The translations under genes were made by a program, and so were the position numbers. 64,000 bases of DNA, taken from NCBI RefSeq assembly GCF_016903815.1, contig NZ_CP069972.1. One strand, written 5' to 3'. A model generated the notes under the pieces. The model ran no database searches. It had not been told where the DNA came from and saw only the letters and a program-made list of their open reading frames with translations. This DNA is from Escherichia coli (GTDB taxonomy: Bacteria; Pseudomonadota; Gammaproteobacteria; Enterobacterales; Enterobacteriaceae). Below, piece after piece: positions 59,512 to 64,000 of this stretch (its first letter is position 1; every line of letters begins with the position of its first letter).

Positions 59512-59847
59512 ATGAACAGAAAATATTATTTTAATAATATGTGGTGGGGATGGGTGACGGGGGGATATATGCTGTATATGTCATGGGATTATGATTTTAA
59601 ATACAGATTACTGTTCTGGTGTATTTCTCTCTGCGGAATGGTTTTGTATCCAGTTGCAAAATGGTATATTGAGGATACAGCTCTGAAATTTACCCGGCCT
59701 GATTTCTGGAACAGCGGTTTTTTTGCTGATACACCTGGAAAAATGGGATTGCTTGCTGTTTATACGGGTACTGTTTTCATATTATCTCTTCCGTTAAGTA
59801 TGATATATACTCTTTCTGTTATTATAAAAAGGCTGTCTGTAAGATAG
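59512..59847 (+). CDS. iia: Colicin Ia-type immunity protein (111 aa)
   Basis: MNRKYYFNNMWWGWVTGGYMLYMSW...; 3 TM helices; opposite strand to colicin gene as in pore-former colicins; Ia versus Ib rests on recalled 111-aa length. Confidence 0.8.
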   Translation: MNRKYYFNNMWWGWVTGGYMLYMSWDYDFKYRLLFWCISLCGMVLYPVAKWYIEDTALKFTRPDFWNSGFFADTPGKMGLLAVYTGTVFILSLPLSMIYTLSVIIKRLSVR

Positions 59848-59866
59848 ACAGCCTGTCTTATATTTT
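59821..59866. terminator. Bidirectional terminator shared by convergent colicin and immunity genes
   Basis: GGCTGTCT-loop-AGACAGCC with T/A-rich flanks. Confidence 0.55.
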
Positions 59867-59868
59867 AT

Positions 59869-61749
59869 TTAAATACCCCAGAACTTATTCGCTTTTTCCA
59901 CAAGCGATTCATCAATCAGCGCACCGGTGACAGCCATCAGTAAACCATACCCGATAATGCCTAAAGCGCTTCCGGTAAGAATACTGAAGACCAGTGCAAC
60001 AAGAGCCGTTGCGGCATTGCCTGCTATAATGGCTTCTGTTTTAACAAAAAGAGGACGCCAGTTCTCTGTCCGGACAGCCTTACCAAACTCAGTGATCCAG
60101 TCAGCAAGACTTGTAAATTTTCCTGCATATCCCAGTCCCCGACTGAATCTGTTCAGATTAGACGATATATCAGACAGCTTCACAGACTCAAGGGCTGCGG
60201 CAATCGCTGCACGATCTTTTGCATTAATTTTTTTGTTAATGTCAGCCCGGTACTTTTCATACGTTTTTAATGCCTCTTCAACATTACGTATTTTCTTCCC
60301 TTTAGCCTGCCCGGCCATCTCTCTGGCTAACTGCTCAGCTTTTGCACCATATTTTTCTGAAACTGATTTCAGGAACTCTGTTGTGAAATTAATTGCGTCT
60401 TTCGTTTCCTTCAGTTCATCCTGTTTTCTTTTCTCTTCCGCTATCTTCTGATTGATGCCGGCAAGCTGGTTACGGATATTCTCTTTTTCCTTCAACAGGG
60501 CATTAAGAGCGTCATTTGCATGCTTTTGCTCATTTGTTCTGGCACTGAGGTTATTTCTCGCCGAATTTACCGCAGATTCAGCAGAGGTGATTTTATTTCT
60601 GGCATCAAGCAATCTTTGCCGTAACTTATCCCATTCAGCAACTTCAGCATTATAAATTTTCTTGTCACCTTCCACATCCTCTGTCACCACCGGATTCCGG
60701 TCATTCAGAATATTGCGTTTATAGTCCAGACCGGAATGGGTCAGAAGATAATTCAGGTTTGCACGGTTATCGATGACTGCGCTGGTTGTGATTTTTATCG
60801 TACCGGCAAATCTCGGATCACCGCTCACAACAATAGAATGATTTGTTGATGAACGCCCCGGGAATTTTTCAGGGGAAACTATCGTTTTGCCGTCAGGCGT
60901 GTTTTTCTGTTGCGTCAGCTGTTGTTCAGCTCTGGTTAATGCATTACGGGCCGTGTTAAGCGATTCCGTCACTGAACTGAGTTTATTCCGGGCCTCTGAA
61001 ATGGCCCTGTCATTCCGTGTCTGCTGCCCGAGCAGACGGGCCTGTTGTGCATCAAGAACGGCAAGGGCTGCCCCGCCATTTTTTTCCAGCTCTGACAACC
61101 GCGTGTCCAGAATACCTTTTCTGCGCTCGTATTCAGCAAGCATATCAGCGGCCTTCTTGTCTGCGTTCTGCGCATCCTTCTGCCGTTTTTCAGCCTGTTC
61201 GATTAACGACCTGGCCTCCCGGGGAGATATACGAAGAGAATCAGCATCAGCAAAGAGCATCCGGCTCTCTGTATGCAGCCGGAGGGCATCATATCCGGCG
61301 ATTTCAGTACGGAATCCGTATTCTCTCAGCTCTGCCTGCAGGAGTCTGAACTCCTGTCGTGTAATATCAGCGGCATCTGCGTTTCCGGCACGGAGTGTTT
61401 TCAGTGTGTTTTCATCTTTTTCCCTTGCAGCAATCGCCGCAGAGAGGCGTTTTCCGGCTTCAGTACGCTTATTCTCATTCTCTTTCTGCTGCGCGCTGAG
61501 CGTGTTTTTGTACGCTGTGATTTCCTTGTCCCTTTTTTCGATATCACTTCGGGTTGGGGAATCATCAACCCACTCGTTTCCGCCCCAGATGGTTTTGTTC
61601 CCGAAGGAACTCCATGCAGGCGGGGTACCATGAAAGACATCGACACGTGGAGGGTTTACATAAATATCAACGGCCATAATTTCATGGCCATCTGAATCAT
61701 ACCCCAGCGATTCTGCACCGGGATTTGTAATACGTACAGGGTCAGACAT
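59869..61749 (-). CDS. cia: Colicin Ia/Ib-family pore-forming colicin (626 aa)
   Basis: MSDPVRITNPGAESLGYDSDGHEIMAVDIYVNPPRVD...; long coiled-coil; C-terminal hydrophobic hairpin; 626 aa. Confidence 0.9.
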   Translation of the reverse strand: MSDPVRITNPGAESLGYDSDGHEIMAVDIYVNPPRVDVFHGTPPAWSSFGNKTIWGGNEWVDDSPTRSDIEKRDKEITAYKNTLSAQQKENENKRTEAGKRLSAAIAAREKDENTLKTLRAGNADAADITRQEFRLLQAELREYGFRTEIAGYDALRLHTESRMLFADADSLRISPREARSLIEQAEKRQKDAQNADKKAADMLAEYERRKGILDTRLSELEKNGGAALAVLDAQQARLLGQQTRNDRAISEARNKLSSVTESLNTARNALTRAEQQLTQQKNTPDGKTIVSPEKFPGRSSTNHSIVVSGDPRFAGTIKITTSAVIDNRANLNYLLTHSGLDYKRNILNDRNPVVTEDVEGDKKIYNAEVAEWDKLRQRLLDARNKITSAESAVNSARNNLSARTNEQKHANDALNALLKEKENIRNQLAGINQKIAEEKRKQDELKETKDAINFTTEFLKSVSEKYGAKAEQLAREMAGQAKGKKIRNVEEALKTYEKYRADINKKINAKDRAAIAAALESVKLSDISSNLNRFSRGLGYAGKFTSLADWITEFGKAVRTENWRPLFVKTEAIIAGNAATALVALVFSILTGSALGIIGYGLLMAVTGALIDESLVEKANKFWGI

Positions 61750-61790
61750 TCGGTATCTCCTTCATCCTCTGAGGAAAACAAATGAATTAA

Positions 61791-61820
61791 CTGCTTACGC
61801 ATATGGATACATATACAGTA
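61791..61820 (-). promoter_or_regulatory. Overlapping double LexA box in the colicin promoter
   Basis: Coding-strand TACTGTATATGTATCCATATGCGTAAGCAG, ~40 nt upstream of the start. Confidence 0.55.
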
Positions 61821-62027
61821 TTAATTTATTAAGGAGAAAATGGCATGTCAAGATTTGATGATAGTGATTATCATTAACATGAAGTGATGTTACACCGTTC
61901 AGAAAGCCTGCTGACGCTGTGGCAGCATCACAGTCTGGGTATTCTCTGGTGCAATACAAAAACCGGACTTTCCCGTAACAACAGACAATGTTACGGGAAA
62001 AGTTACAGAACTGAGCCACAAAATATC

Positions 62028-63374
62028 TCAGTACCTGAGATGCATAAAAACACCGTACATATGTTTCTTAAAAGGGGGATGCTCGTTATCCAGCCATTTC
62101 GGTGGATCGGTATGCAGAACACCAATCTGCTTCATGCCGGTATGCTGCCTGGATTTTCTCGCGCAGTAATCACTGTCTTCATATCCCATCGTTTCGATGA
62201 CCACTCTGGCCGTCTTTCCGTCAGGAGCCCTTGCTGTGACAATGAAATCCGGCAGTACATATTTCTTTTCACCATTAACATAAACTTCTGTATCAAACAG
62301 GGGCCTTTCCAGACTTAATTCCGGCGTACCTGGCTTTCTTTTAAGCCAGCTGGCCACATTCAGAAGAGCAGTGAGCGTGTTTCGTTCCAGTTTGCTGTCC
62401 ACAGGCACCGGACATGTCAGTTGATAAAGAGCATGAGCATACCCTTCACTGCAGATGATTCTGCCATCGGCACTCCGGCAAAAAGCAAGAATAACCCAGT
62501 AAGGGGGACGTATTCCGCCCTGCGCTTCACCATTAATACTGATCCCCCGCACAGGTCTGATGACCTGAATATTACCGTTCGCCCAGTGAATTTCCACAGC
62601 ATCACGACAGATGTGCTGCGCCATAAAAATCTGAAAGAACATATGCTTTCTTCTGGCAGGCCAGTGTCGTTCTGAATTCTCCAGCGTTTCCATTAACCGC
62701 TCCTGAGACCTTTCAGACATTCCTGGCCGGAAATGGATAATTTCAGATAAGGCTCTTCCCCGAATATACTCCTGCTGTAGTGTAACCTGCCGTATGGCAT
62801 CAAGACACTCACGATAATTAGTCCGGATACGGGGATTAGCCAGGGAATCCAGTTTATTCAGCCCTGCATCTTCAATAAGCGACAGGAGTAAACGGCCAAG
62901 GCGCGGACGTTTCTTGCGAACGGAGGAGCGCTCACCATTATGGTAAGCAGAGCGGGCCTGCAGTCTGATAACAGAATTACTGTCATCAGGTGGTAAAAAG
63001 TTTCTGTAATTTATACGGGTGCTAACGGGATGCCGGCTTGCTCCGAAGGATGTTTCCTCTTCATTTCCGGATAACTGACGATACATGGGGCATTCAGGTG
63101 CATGCTCATGATTAAAACTGGACAGATAAAGAGTACCCGTATTGTTTTTAAGAGCAGCAAAATTCATGGCCGGCGAATCTCCCGGAATACAGTCACACTG
63201 TAACCATGCATCATACTCACGCATTTCCCGGAGAAGATCATTGGCCAGGTTATGTTGTGCCATGGTTGCTGGCCTTTTCAGTCCACAGACCGTCTTTACT
63301 GCAGTCTCTTCCTCACTGCTAAGCTCCCGAATCACTTTGCCCCGGGGATTCTTCTTTACAAGTATCATTGGCAT
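62028..63374 (-). CDS. Hypothetical protein (448 aa)
   Basis: AAGGAG before ATG 63374 (M24 of track ORF); no motif recognised with confidence. Confidence 0.5.
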   Translation of the reverse strand: MPMILVKKNPRGKVIRELSSEEETAVKTVCGLKRPATMAQHNLANDLLREMREYDAWLQCDCIPGDSPAMNFAALKNNTGTLYLSSFNHEHAPECPMYRQLSGNEEETSFGASRHPVSTRINYRNFLPPDDSNSVIRLQARSAYHNGERSSVRKKRPRLGRLLLSLIEDAGLNKLDSLANPRIRTNYRECLDAIRQVTLQQEYIRGRALSEIIHFRPGMSERSQERLMETLENSERHWPARRKHMFFQIFMAQHICRDAVEIHWANGNIQVIRPVRGISINGEAQGGIRPPYWVILAFCRSADGRIICSEGYAHALYQLTCPVPVDSKLERNTLTALLNVASWLKRKPGTPELSLERPLFDTEVYVNGEKKYVLPDFIVTARAPDGKTARVVIETMGYEDSDYCARKSRQHTGMKQIGVLHTDPPKWLDNEHPPFKKHMYGVFMHLRY

Positions 63375-63727
63375 AATGAAAGCACTCCTTATGTACATGC
63401 TTAAACAGTAAGTAAAATATACAAAGAACCCCCCATGAAACAAAGGCAGAGATGAACTGTGCGCCCCGATATCTTCTTCTGATATCCTTTCAAATGAATT
63501 GTTTTTATTTATATCATGACAACATTAAAGTGAGAGAATATATCAACCATGTTTCTGTCAGGGTTCAGTAGAATATCAATTCGACTGTCACGCCATAACT
63601 GTAACTACCTCGAGTATAAATATTCAGAGAATGGACTTATTAGCCATGAAAAATCACCTGATGGGAAATTTACTAATTTATGGATTGTGATATTATTAAA
63701 GAGTAAAACCAGCCAGCCGAGGTATTT

Positions 63728-64000
63728 ATGGGAAAAAATCAGGAAGAAAGGAAAACTCCCGTCATTGTGGTGAAAAAACGTCGTACTTTTTCGCCACCGT
63801 CCTTATCCGAAAAAACAGATATTATCGCACCTGTATTTACTGAACAGACGGCAGAATCAGCCCCCGCCGGAATAAATTCATCTGCCGTCGAAACACATAT
63901 CCCCGAAGCGCCAGCCAGGAAGAAGAAAAAGAAAAAACGCCGTTTCCCACGTCCCTCCCACTGGACCCGTGAGTATACTCACGAGTGCGTGGAAAAAATA
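63728..64000 (+). CDS. Window-truncated ORF (>=91 codons), basic K-rich N-terminal region
   Basis: ATG 63728 open to window end; not in track because no stop. Confidence 0.3.
   Translation, partial: MGKNQEERKTPVIVVKKRRTFSPPSLSEKTDIIAPVFTEQTAESAPAGINSSAVETHIPEAPARKKKKKKRRFPRPSHWTREYTHECVEKI

Noticed and set aside
61884-62318. 144-aa + strand ORF
   Set aside because: Antisense to the well-initiated 448-aa gene; no RBS.
1-64000. Integrative element (ICE/genomic island) interpretation
   Set aside because: No integrase, tRNA or att-like direct repeats in the window; gene content and order match a plasmid transfer and leading region.

Overview
This 64-kb window reads as one contiguous piece of an IncI1-type (R64/ColIb-P9-like) enterobacterial conjugative plasmid. 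All calls come from reading the sequence and the supplied ORF track by eye and from recalled family knowledge; no searches were run. No rRNA, tRNA, CRISPR array or integrase was found. Left to right: (1) 0.2-23.5 kb, the distal Dot/Icm-like (type IVB) tra operon on the + strand (traF-traK, a PLD-family nuclease nuc, the 1255-aa Sog primase, traL-traY), then entry-exclusion excA. (2) 24.2-27.8 kb, an AT-rich accessory patch with terminators, small ORFs, a 24-aa hydrophobic peptide flanked by repeated sRNA-like elements, a Hok/PndA toxin gene missing from the ORF track, and a composite RHH+HTH protein. (3) 27.9-35.7 kb, trbA-trbB-trbC, the convergent nikB/nikA relaxase genes and oriT. (4) 35.8-55 kb, the plasmid leading region: almost every gene is on the - strand, separated by two families of GC-rich 0.3-0.5 kb repeats (3 + 2 copies) that I interpret as Frpo/ssi-type single-strand promoters. 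It carries ardA, a klcA/ardB-family gene, an orphan DNA methyltransferase, psiB-psiA, ssb, a ParB-like nuclease, an Rpn-family nuclease module, a group II intron and many unknown small genes. (5) 55.3-57.3 kb, SOS-boxed impCAB. (6) 57.3-58.5 kb, a ParF/ParG-like partition cassette between two arrays of 8-bp direct repeats. (7) 59-61.8 kb, a colicin Ia-type gene with opposite-strand immunity gene. (8) an unknown 448-aa gene and a window-truncated ORF. The best candidates for something undescribed are the Rpn module, the composite RHH+HTH protein, the small-peptide/sRNA locus and the unnamed leading-region ORFs.
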